In this document: positions 12,178 through 22,929 of the stretch, one piece after another
How positions within the stretch are numbered: position 1 is the first letter of the stretch
How the letters are laid out: every line of letters begins with the position of its first letter
Notes under the pieces: generated by a model
The model's database searches: none
Told to the model about the DNA's origin: nothing
What the model saw: only the letters and a program-made list of their open reading frames with translations
Origin: Pelomyxa schiedti
Taxonomy: Eukaryota; Protista; Evosea
Reading direction: 5' to 3'
DNA: 53,656 bases
Assembly: GCA_020536535.1 (NCBI GenBank)
Contig: JAHLWZ010000900.1
Coordinates: 1-53,656 of the forward strand
Translations under genes and position numbers: made by a program

Positions 12178-13964
12178 TCAGTAGTTCTCCACCTGGCCTG
12201 TTTGAAGAGAACGCTTGGCTGTATTGGCTAACTTGGCGTCTGTTATCATTTCATCGAGACCGCATGCTAAGGTGTCGGGAGGTTGGGCACTAGATCCCAT
12301 GATGCCTTGTATGTTGTGGATGAAACTCTGCATTTCGGCAATAAAAGCTTCGTGATATCTGCTTCTCTTAGTACGAGTCAAATTCAAGTTCATACCTCTC
12401 AAGGAACCAGAACTGTATGAAGTTTAGTGGAAATGATAATGTGTATTGGGGACAACGTGAATTTTATCTAGTTTTGTGGCCTCTGAAGAGTATAGCCTTA
12501 TACTGGAACGTAAATCATTTTCTCCAATAGCACATCCCTTACTACCGAAGATCTCCACCTGTATTGGGTTACGTGAAGAACAATTTTCTTCTTGGGTGTA
12601 AACCCTTTGGTCATAGCCTACATCACGTTAGAAATGCGTTACTGCACAATGAGAATACCATAAACTGTCTCCCTTGAGTTATCAATAATTGCAGTTGCCC
12701 CAGATTGGTACCTATGTTTCAAAAATCAGGGAGTACTATCTTAAATCACTGGGTACCTTATCATTACTACAGCCTCACTCACGTCACCTGGGTTAAGCTC
12801 ACACATTATAGAGTTGAAAGTAGCAAACCAACTTCTTTGAATAATGGAGATACACTACTCCCACCACATGTGTACACCGAAACAGGGAGGCCAGCTGTTG
12901 ATGAGAGTAGATAATTGCACATGTCGAAGTCATGTATAGTCTAAGAAAGCTTTAATTTACTACCAAGTAACCAACTCAGTAGCAACCATATCTACAAGCA
13001 TTCCTCCTATGTGTAATGAATATTATGTGATATAGAAACTAGTCATTGGATAACCTTCTTTGGCGCTTTCTCGGATGTATGCCTCATTATACGTTGGATC
13101 TCTGCTTGTGATCTTTTGGAATGTAAAACAATCTGTTCAGGAAGACACTATGCAACGTGCCTTAACCTAAGGATACTGAGACTTGAAAGTAGTATTGGAA
13201 GTCACGTACCAGGCTTGGGGCACCAAGATCTCCATTTGTCACTGATTGCTTCAGTGCTTTCCAGTTGTGGTCGAATCTGTGAATTCTAAGAAGATGGAAG
13301 CCTTGAATGAAGTCACCTTCGATTGAATCCGACCTTCAGATCGTAACTTAAATTGGAAGCCACAAGCTCACATAATGAGCAACAAGAAAACTTACTTGGT
13401 AAATGACGTTTGACTTCTGCACAGCAGCCCTTACAGTTTCTATTTCTTCCAGTGAAGAGGACACTGGTTTTTCACAGAATATGTGCTTTTATTTTATGTT
13501 AGAAGTACACCAGTATTTTCAAAGTCACCTTGTGTGCCTCCGCAGCAGCAATACTTGAGGGAAAATGAAAGTTATTTCATTCTCAAGAAAGGACAAGAAA
13601 GAGATTGGAAACCTTATCTCCACATGCGAGTTTGTGCTACCATTACAACACCATTAATGAGGGAATATAGGAAATGAAAGAACCTGGATAGAATGAGTAT
13701 AGCGGAAATTTCCGGATCACAGGTAATCTCGTGATAGTCGGTTGTGAACTTTGTGAAACCCCTACTCACCGCCCATTCCATCATCTCTTTGTCAACAAGT
13801 ATCTTTTTCCACCGTCAACCTTCATATTTGAGGTTTCCGAGCATTACCTTCCAATCACAGACTGTTTTCACCCTCACGCCATGCATCGCCAACAAATTCT
13901 CCAAGTGAACACGGCCAATCCTGCCCACACCAACAACACCCAGTACCACTTCCGTTGTCTGCAT
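12178..13964 (-). CDS. Gfo/Idh/MocA oxidoreductase, myo-inositol 2-dehydrogenase-like, multi-exon
   Basis: N-terminus MQTTEVVLGVVGVGRIGRVHLENL (Rossmann GxGxxG); CEKP motif (~13465-13480); HDFDM; YDQR|VEIFGSKG; C-terminus RYHEAFIAEMQSF..AKRSLQTGQVENY*. Confidence 0.85.
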
Positions 13965-14120
13965 CACGTGCACCCAAGATCTCACTGTTATTTTGCTGTT
14001 TTATGCCCTTGTTTGCTTTTTTCCATGTCGTTCAAAAGAGCAGGGGATTAGTGTCTCGACTGACACAAAAAAAAAAAAACGAGAACGGGAATGTTGATGA
14101 GAACGTGGTTTTTCTTTCTT

Positions 14121-15191
14121 TTAAGTCCCATCATCGGCATTATCACTCGGAATGTTGGGTGTGTCATTGTCCTCATCACCAGATACTGGTTCAAAGTCAT
14201 CCTCAGCACTTATAACTTCAAGATCTTGTTCATTGCTGTTGCTGTTTGTGTGCGGATCTTCCTCGTCGTCTACTTGTGATATCTCTCTGGGAGATGATGG
14301 GTCACCGTCGGGAGGGTCTTCCTGCATCGGGGTCATGTGCTGTCGTGAAGATCTAGGTGTGCCGGTCTGAGATCTCGATCTCGGCGTTGCGTTTTGCGAG
14401 TGCGGAGATCTCGGCGTTGATTGCTGCACTGACAGTTGCACCCTCGGCGTTGTATTATGGGACCGTGGGGTCGCTGTTTTAGAGGAGGCCGCGGCTGCCG
14501 CGGAAGCAATTTGTTGTTCCGCGTGAGTCTGTTGTTGCTTCGGAGATTGTGGGTGGGATCTGCTAGTTGGTAGCGGCGACGTCTGCGTTGAATCTGACAG
14601 GAATGCCCGGCGATTGCACGTGGGCGTGATTGGTGCCTCTTCTGACACGTGAGGATTTGGAGTTTGGGGGAGGCCAGAGGCTGCGGTCTGACTCCGGAAC
14701 CCCTCGTTGTGGAGTGCAGACCGGCTCATCTTGAGCAGCATGAGGCCGTCTGCCAAGGCATCAAGCACAGTGCCGGAATCCGCCGGGAAATTGCAAATTG
14801 TGGGAGGACTCTGGAGAGCGACTGGGCATGAAGGTGAGAGGACCTGGTGCTGGTGCTGATTATGCGTGCCATAACAAGAAGGCGGTGGAGCACAATTGAA
14901 GTGCGGTGAGGTACAGCAATGGTGGTGATTATGGGAGCAGCTGCACGTGTGGGGGTGGCACGTGGTCCGGTGGGTGCAGGAGCAAGTGCTGGTGTAATTA
15001 CAATTTGCACCGCTGCTGCTGTTGGGAGTGTGAGGGCAAGTGTGAGTGTGCGGGTGCACGTGGGGAGTGCTCGAGGGTGAATTATGGGTTGGCGCGCAGA
15101 AGCGATGGCACTGGCATGTTGTGGTGGCAAAATGGAGTGGGTGTGATGACTCTGAATGAATGGACTTCTTGGGTGTTTGATGGGGTTCCAT
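14121..15191 (-). CDS. Low-complexity hypothetical protein (His/Cys/Pro-rich, TPRS repeats, acidic tail)
   Basis: 356-aa ORF with no known domain; could be a frameshifted or repeat-derived remnant. Confidence 0.3.
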   Translation of the reverse strand: MEPHQTPKKSIHSESSHPLHFATTTCQCHRFCAPTHNSPSSTPHVHPHTHTCPHTPNSSSGANCNYTSTCSCTHRTTCHPHTCSCSHNHHHCCTSPHFNCAPPPSCYGTHNQHQHQVLSPSCPVALQSPPTICNFPADSGTVLDALADGLMLLKMSRSALHNEGFRSQTAASGLPQTPNPHVSEEAPITPTCNRRAFLSDSTQTSPLPTSRSHPQSPKQQQTHAEQQIASAAAAASSKTATPRSHNTTPRVQLSVQQSTPRSPHSQNATPRSRSQTGTPRSSRQHMTPMQEDPPDGDPSSPREISQVDDEEDPHTNSNSNEQDLEVISAEDDFEPVSGDEDNDTPNIPSDNADDGT

Positions 15192-16337
15192 TGATGTGGG
15201 TTTGCGAGTGGTTTTGGAGGGTATGTGCTTATCTAGCGCTGATTTCGTGGTGTGCTGCGGGGTTCCTAGGCTGCGCTATTTATCCAGAATTTGGTGAATA
15301 ACGCTCAAAGTTAGCAGACGAAATGGAGAGTTACTCGGGATCGCTTTAATACTTGTCCAGCAAGTATAGACAACTTGAGTGAGAGGTCTATGGCAGCAAC
15401 TTGATTGCCCTCCGAGTCCGTTAAAGGACATTCACCACTCCAACTTGCCTCCCAGTCCTTCTTCATAGGGTTTGGATAAAGCCTAGGGTATGCGTCTATA
15501 CTCATCATCCCAATGATCTAATGAACACAAAGCGGCATAAGTGACGAGTGCCCGGAAGGGGGAAAAGTAATGCACACTGACTGCTTTGTCAGGAACAGAC
15601 TGTGCCCTGGATGCAGTACCACTGGACTGGACCTGAACACTAGCAAGTGATGAATCCACCAATAGAACCATCAATGCAGGCATTTGGTCCACGGCAGTCA
15701 TTTTTTCTTTCAGGGCCGCCGAGCTCAACCTAAACAGGCAAGACTTCCCACAATTGAAGTTGTACACCGCCGTCCCAGTCGCCAAAGTGCCGCCGCCGGT
15801 GCCAGCGGACTCGCAGCCCCGCCGGCGCTGAGCCTCGAAGTCGGGGCACCTCACCGCGACCATGGGGAAGTCCAAGAATCTGAACACGACGCACAGCCCC
15901 GCCGTGGCGGCCGCGGCCGCGGCGGCGGCGGCGGGGCCCGAGCCGGGCGACGTCGCGGGGTGCACGACGGCCGCTCGGCGCACGAACACCTGAAGGCGGG
16001 GGTTTAGGAGGTACCAAGTTGGCGAGGAGAGGCGTCAACTAACTAACCTCCAACGAGTGCAACAGAGGGACCTCGTAGTCACTCATTGGGTTTTTGTTTT
16101 TACTGGCCCCTGATTCGGGGAAAGAGTGAACATCAGAGGACTGGAATCATAAGAGTGGACTCACAAGGGGACTGGGTCGAGGTGCACGTTGTTGAACGGT
16201 TGTATCTCTCTACAAGAAACCAAAGCGGAGGGAGGACTCCATAGGGGTCATTCTCAATCTCGCCATCACAAATTGGAAACACAAAATTTTTCATTTTCAT
16301 TCTATTCGCTTCTCGATTCAAAACACAAGCCTCAGGG

Positions 16338-18849
16338 ATGCCGACGATAGCAGTATTTGTCGACGAGCTCCATCGCCTTTTGGGCAGGACTCTAAGTACG
16401 TGGAATCTTTCTTTACTGTTTTTGTTTTTTTTTTTGTCCCCCGTGTTTAATTGTATTTTATCTCTGTGTTTATTACTGTGCTTGTTGATTCACGTTTTGA
16501 CCGGGAACAAAAAAAGCTATTGCAAAGTTCAAGGACCTATGCTTCGATTTCGGCATTGAATTGGACTCTGTGGTTTGCATTCTTCTTCCTTCGTGAATAT
16601 GTTTACCATTGACACTTAAATGAAACAACTCTCAGGAATTCATCACCTTTCTCACTTTTTTTTTTTTTTGTTGTGAAAAAGACCTCTGAGGCAGAGATGG
16701 CTGGCAAAGGGGAAAAGGCCTCCACTGGCGACACATCTGACGCCCTTATATACAAGATAGAGGTTGCTGCCAACAGATACGACCTTCTATGCACTGAGGG
16801 AATTGCACGTGCTCTACGCATTTTTTTGGGTGACATGGAACCCCCTACTTACGTTACCACACGCCCTGAAATCACCATGCTGGTGGAGGATCAGGTTATC
16901 TTACCTTCTTCTGCCAGTTCACTGAAATCGGAGTTCCTTAGGTATTTGACGTTCGCCCAATCGTTGTGTGCGCGGTATTGAGAAACATGGTCTTCACGGA
17001 GCACTCATATAAAAGCTTCATTGACATGCAAGATAAGCTTCACCAAACACTATGCAGGTGAGGCATTCTGTACACTTGTTTTGCTTTGTTATTTGAGATG
17101 TATCTCTTATACTCCCACAGAGAACGGTCTCTGGCCTCAATAGGGACACACGATCTTGATACTATCAAACCACCATTCCGATATACAGCTCTTCCACCCA
17201 ACGAAATTGTCTTCGTCCCTCTGAAATGCACAACTGCAATGAATGGACATCAACTTATGGAGCACCTTTCTGTAAGTGTCATTTCTCCCAGTTCTGTGGT
17301 ACTGAGGCTCTAAAAAAGAAAGACCTTAAATTGGGAAGATACCTGAATCTGATTCGAGACAAACCAACTTATCCCGTGATTTACGACAGCAACAATGTTG
17401 TTTTGTCACTACCCCCAATAATAAATGGTGAACACAGCAAAATTAGTCTCCATACAAAGAACGTTTTCATTGAGGTAAGCCAGTTCTGCCCTACTTTGAT
17501 AGTCTCTTACCTGCATTCAGGTTACAGCACTTGACCTCACAAAGGCGAAAATGGTACTCGATACTGTCGTGACAATGTTTTCACAGTATTGTACCCCCCA
17601 ATGGAGGTTGGTCTATACCGTTGAAGTGTAAGTTCTCATAAAAGGAAAGTGTGGAACAGGTGAACATTGTTGGACGGAATCCCATGGTTTTACCTGACCT
17701 ATCGCCACGAACGCAATTGGCCTGCGTGTCAAAAATCAACCGTGGACTGGGTCTAAACCTTACAGCAGATGCCATGCTTAAACTTTTGGTGAGGATGGGT
17801 GTACCTGGTGTTGCCACCACCCCAGACACCCTGAGTGTTTCTGTGCCTGCTACGAGAACAGGTGCCTTTTCACCACTCCCTCTGCTCTGCCCTGACCTAT
17901 CTAGATATCCTTCACGAATGCGATATTCTAGAGGATGTGGCAATCTCTTACGGCTTCAATAATCTCGTGCCACAACTCACGCCCACTCCTACTATTGGTT
18001 CACAGCTACCAATGACGAAAATTACCGAATTACTAGCCCAAGAAGTAGCAATGACAGGCTTTTGTGAAGTAATGAACTTCGCACTGGTATCCTCTCTTTG
18101 AAGGAATTTTCCACCGAGTAATATCTTTCCAGTGCTTGTTGTCTGATAACTTTGCTTCCCTGAATAGGCCAAACAATCACAGCGCAATTCAAATCCTCGA
18201 GTCCAGTTCAGTTGAATTTGAGGTACCCTTTTCTTTGTTATTGTAATTTACGTTCAAATGCACTTCAAGTCGGCACGCACGACACTGTTATCCGGTTTGT
18301 TGCACACTGTGTCAAACAACAAGACTGTGCCACTACCAATTAGAGTATTTGAAATTGGTGATGTAATAATTCGTGATGAGACCGTCCCTGTGGGAGCTAA
18401 AAACCAGCTGTATGCCGAATAATACGCATTTATCCGCTAACGTACAACCAGAAATTTTGCAGCATTGTACTGTGGTACAACATCTGGTTTTCAGGTATCC
18501 CTTTTTTTTTGTTCCCTTTCCTGTTTGCTAAACTTTGGTCTCAGTTCATCCACGGGCTTATAGATAGGGTTATGCTTCTCCTTAACATAGCCTCCAAAGA
18601 GGTGGCACCTGAAGCAACCCTATTCTACAACTTGGAACCCTCAGCAGGCAAGTTTCACTCTTCACTTTATGCAATACTTACATCAAAACAGACCCATCAT
18701 TCTTCCCCAAGTGGAGGGCTGACATTAACGTCAACAACAAGAAAATTGGCTCTATGGGAGTTGTGCACCCCAACGTCACCAGAAAGTTCGGAATTGACTT
18801 CCCCTGCTCCGCTGTGGAAATCACCCTGGAAATTCCACACGGCCTGTGA
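16338..18849 (+). CDS. FARSB: Phenylalanyl-tRNA synthetase beta subunit (cytosolic), many short introns
   Basis: MPTIAV..LGRTL|[115 protein letters not shown]; stop TGA at 18847-18849. Confidence 0.95.
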
Positions 18850-19069
18850 GCAAAAATATCTTTTTCCCTTGTGCCATTTAGGTGCTAAAACCCATTTATG
18901 ATGTCTCACCACCATAAAAGAATTTTTTTTGCCGAATAATTACACAGGCTCCTACTCTTTGGTGTGTAGTGTCTGGTTTTTGTGGAATTACTTCGTTTAG
19001 GAAGTAAAACACCCAACAGTAATAACAACAGCAGAGCAGGAGAGGAGGAGAGTGGTTGAGTGTGAGTAT

Positions 19070-20060
19070 TTAGAGTGGCATCCTTCCTTTCAGATAGGCG
19101 CCTTTCTTCGTATTGTAGCTGCGGGCACTGAGGTACGTCTGAAGCATTTGAGGGACTGGAGTTCGGCATCTCGTGATCAGGGTCAAAAATGGGAGTAGCT
19201 GATTCAACTCTGTATCTTCAAGGGAGCCAAGATAGCTACCGATTGCGTAGCCGTTCTGTAACTGAAGCGTGAAGGAGGCTTGTGAATTGTCCACGATAAT
19301 CACATCGTTAAGGTCGCGACCGAGGAGACTCAGATCCTGTTACGGTCAATTAGCGATTGGAGTTGTATAGTATGGAGTGTTACAAACCTTGATGTAGAGA
19401 CCGTCAATGAACGTGCATGAATCCCGATAAAGTCTGGTGGAGATAACTCTGTTGACGTCGACAAAATCGACAACCGGGTCGGCATACTAAAACAGGAATT
19501 AAAACCAACGAGAAGCTTTCTGGGACTAAAAACCTGTGGTTCGCTTGCTGTCCACAAAACGATCTCGAATCCTTTTTCTTTTAGTGCGGCCAAAAACCGT
19601 TCCACCCCAGGTCGTTTCTTCACGTAGGCTCTTTCGTCGTCGACTAGGACCACGAAATCGGGATTTGGAATGGGCTAAGAAAAGTAAGTTAGTATGCGAG
19701 ATATAACTGGAAAGAACTCACTTGATAAGACGTTCTGATTAGTGTCTCGTCCAAATCCAGAACAACCGTTCTCCGGGCTCCAGAAAGAGGACGAAGCAAG
19801 GTTTTAACTGGACTAAAAGCAAAAAGATTAGAAGGTAGTGCCTACGTGAATAAAAGATAGTACCTTGCGGGTTTCGTTGTGCACTCGGAAAAAGGCTTGG
19901 ACAACCAGTTCAGGAACATCCGCAGTGGGGATTCTTCTGTCGGTGTTGGCGACGAAGACGAAGTTGTTGTAGATGTCGTAGTCGTTGTTGACGACGCCGA
20001 CTCGGACGACGAATGAGCCGCCGAAGATGAGTGATACGTAGCGACGCAAATAGCGGCCAT
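19070..20060 (-). CDS. CTD small phosphatase-like protein (FCP/SCP HAD family, NIF domain)
   Basis: [10 protein letters not shown] (DxDxT), [67 protein letters not shown]. Confidence 0.9.
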
Positions 20061-20453
20061 CACGTGACAATAAAAAAAAACGTAGATCTAGGTTCTCTCC
20101 TGCGCTGCACTGTGGGGTGGTTGTTTTATTTAATGGTAGTGACAACTTCACAAGCGCATCACTGTTTTCTCCCTTGGTTGGTTGTTTTATTTTAAAGAAA
20201 AAAAAGAAAGCTCCTTCACCGGTGGAAGCCCTCGACGAGCGGACGAGAAGCAGAAACCCAGAACACAAAAGAAGCACAGAATGGAAGTTTCGACGCTGGA
20301 CTAGAAGAAGAAATGCACCTTTGATTCTTTGATCTTACTCGGAAGACGTTTTTAATCAACGGAAAACGGTTTTCGCAGCGGATTTTATTGGGAATGTGAA
20401 ATCTCTGTGAAGATGCTGAGGTTCCGAAAAAGAAATCCAAAGACAAGTCGGGC

Positions 20454-22738
20454 TCAGCTTTCTCCTCTTGAGTCCTTGCGTCTAAGCGAAGTCATTTTTG
20501 TGGATACGGCGAATGACATTTCTTCAACAGCTATTGGTTGGGGAGAGTTAGAGGAGTGAAATGTGAATAGTATTATGTTCATAAAGGGGAAGTGGTAGTT
20601 ACTTGGTAATGTGAATACACTGTGGGAATGCTTGGGAGGTACTGGGGGCTTGGGTTCATACCCGGCACTTGCTGAGCTTCCGCTGCTGTTGCCAACAAGT
20701 TGTATTCCAGAAGGTACCTCGGGTAGAGAGAATGATGATTCCGGGGAGTGAACTTGAGTGTTGGCACCCACAAGAGGGGGTGGGTGATGTGTTGATGACG
20801 CTGGCTTGGGCGGAATGGGAGGGTTTGTGGTTGGCTGTGGTGGAAGCTGATTGGGAGATGGTAGCTGTATTGGGGTGCTGGAAATTGGTTTAGGAGGTAA
20901 TGGTGGCGCGGTTTTCGGTTGGAGAGGTGCCTTTGGTCCAACAGAAGCGGCACCATGTGGAGAAATGGCTGGCTTCACTTTTGGTGGTCTAGGAACTGGC
21001 CTGATGTGCGGTTAAAAAGATATTGACAACCTGGTAGTAAAACCAATCATCCATATTGGGGAGAACTACTTGCTCGACGAGCTGTGCTCTAATCCTTGCT
21101 CTAAAACGCTGTAAGCTTCACAATACTGCAGCTTACATACATAACAATATTTGCAAGTTTTGGAATTTGATGCATCTCTACTCGGGACATGGCACCGACT
21201 TGTGTGTCGATGGAAAACTCGAAAACTGGCTCAGAATGGAATCCTAGTTCACATAAGCATCTCCCCATAATCGCCATTTGGCATACCAACCCACATTCTT
21301 TGACTTGGAGGCGCCAGACAATGTACACGAACCTTGAAATGTAAGTTTTACGGGATGTAGTACTGCAATACCTTTCCCGCTAGGGCACTCAAAGCAACAG
21401 TAATAACAAGGGGAATATTGACATGGTGCTTTACTACAGGGATAGCTACATCTATCTGCAGTTCGATGCTTATATGGAAACCACCAGCGTACATAAATTC
21501 AGCATCAACCACCTGCAAATGTATTCCAATAAGCCTAGATCATTGACTATTAAGAACATAATTGATCAGGAACCAACGCTATTAAGTACTTTTATCATTA
21601 AGGGCTTAGGGTATATCTGACCAACTCTCCAGCGGGAGATAAGGAAAGTAAATCCACTCCAAAAACAACAGGTAAGTTTGGCCCAAGTACGAGTTGCTTT
21701 ACACGTAGTCTAGTAACAAATGGAGGCTATAGAAAACAAATTAAGATTGCGATTATGAAGAAGTGATTACCAAATGGAGTCGGTTAAATTTTTGGTTTAC
21801 TTTCTTCTCTAGAAATTCCAACATTGTTGGATTGTCGTGCACTCCCCAAAATAGTCTATGGAAGCCAGCATTTATAGGGGCTAATCTGCAAAGTTTTAGG
21901 CATTTTTACTGGCCATCACGTATCAGCTACAATTGCTTCAGGACGTTAGGATCACGAACACTTGCGACTCCAGATGTGCTGGTTGTGGGCGAGCACGCTA
22001 AGTTTCCAATCAGAGTAGAAAAGTGCGAAACAATCTTGGGTGTGTTGAGTGTCATTTGGCCGGTTGCCTTTGCTAGGGCATGGTGCCATTTTTCTAATTC
22101 AATGCCATAGTCACAGGACAACCAACATTCGTTGCTGAAGGGTATTTAACTTTCTAGGAAGGGTTTGAGTTGTTAGATTTCTCACCAGCCAGGAAACAGC
22201 TCACGTGTCTTGTTTTCCAAATGTATTGAGTTTTCTTTGTGATATTTAGAATACTTTGCCCTGAAAAGAGAGACAGAGCACCCCTCAATACTAAAAACGG
22301 ACGTATAATCCCTCGCCTAAACAATTCGAGTTAAAGTCAAGTTGGTTCCATAGCACATGAACTCACCCCCTCATACAGGAAGCAGAAAATGGTTTTATTT
22401 TTCAGTGCAAGCCAGCTAAGGGGTGGTTCAGCTTGCAGTACTGGTTCACGTCTAAGCCTCACACTTCCCTGTAGGTCTGGCCTCTCCTCACACATTGGTT
22501 TTAGCTTTACAAGAGTGAGTTAGATGGGAAACAAACAGTTGCACATTACTATGTGAATTTTTGTCATCGTGGGTTTTTGTTGATGTACCTTAGAGAGTGA
22601 TGTTCCGGCGGTCACATCGATCACGGGCGGATGACAGCACTTGCCTGCCGACGAAAAAATAGCACTGTACGCCACATAGAGGAAGAAACACGATCCTAAT
22701 ACGAAACCCACTACAAACAACGCTATCCCAACAACCAT
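20454..22738 (-). CDS. TEX2/Nvj2-like lipid-transfer protein (N-terminal TM, PH-like, SMP domain, Pro-rich tail)
   Basis: Hydrophobic MVVGIALFVVGFVLGSCFFLYVAY; PH-type terminal helix ELEKWHHALAKA; SMP-like LINAGFHRLFW..EKKVNQKFNRL, LVLGPNLPVV, VHCLAPPSQRMWVGFHSEP, VVLPNMDD; Pro-rich exon 20454..20978. The 3' end is approximate. Confidence 0.75.
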
Positions 22739-22929
22739 CAGTTTTCAACGGAAACCTGCCACGAATGTGGAGAAAAGAGGGTGATGACTGATTGAGACTG
22801 AGGATATCCTCGAACATCGAAACCTAAGCACAGGAGAGCTTTCACACAAAGTGGAAGTGTTCTGACTGAGATGATTGCTGTTCACGAAAAAAGGAAAAAA
22901 AACTGTCTTTTGACTCAAACGAACCGGAG

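Noticed and set aside
21600-21720. RhoGAP suggested by PVVFGVDL
   Set aside because: Flanking exons fit an SMP domain (PPSQRMWVGF, VVLPNMDD); no GIFR arginine-finger motif was seen.
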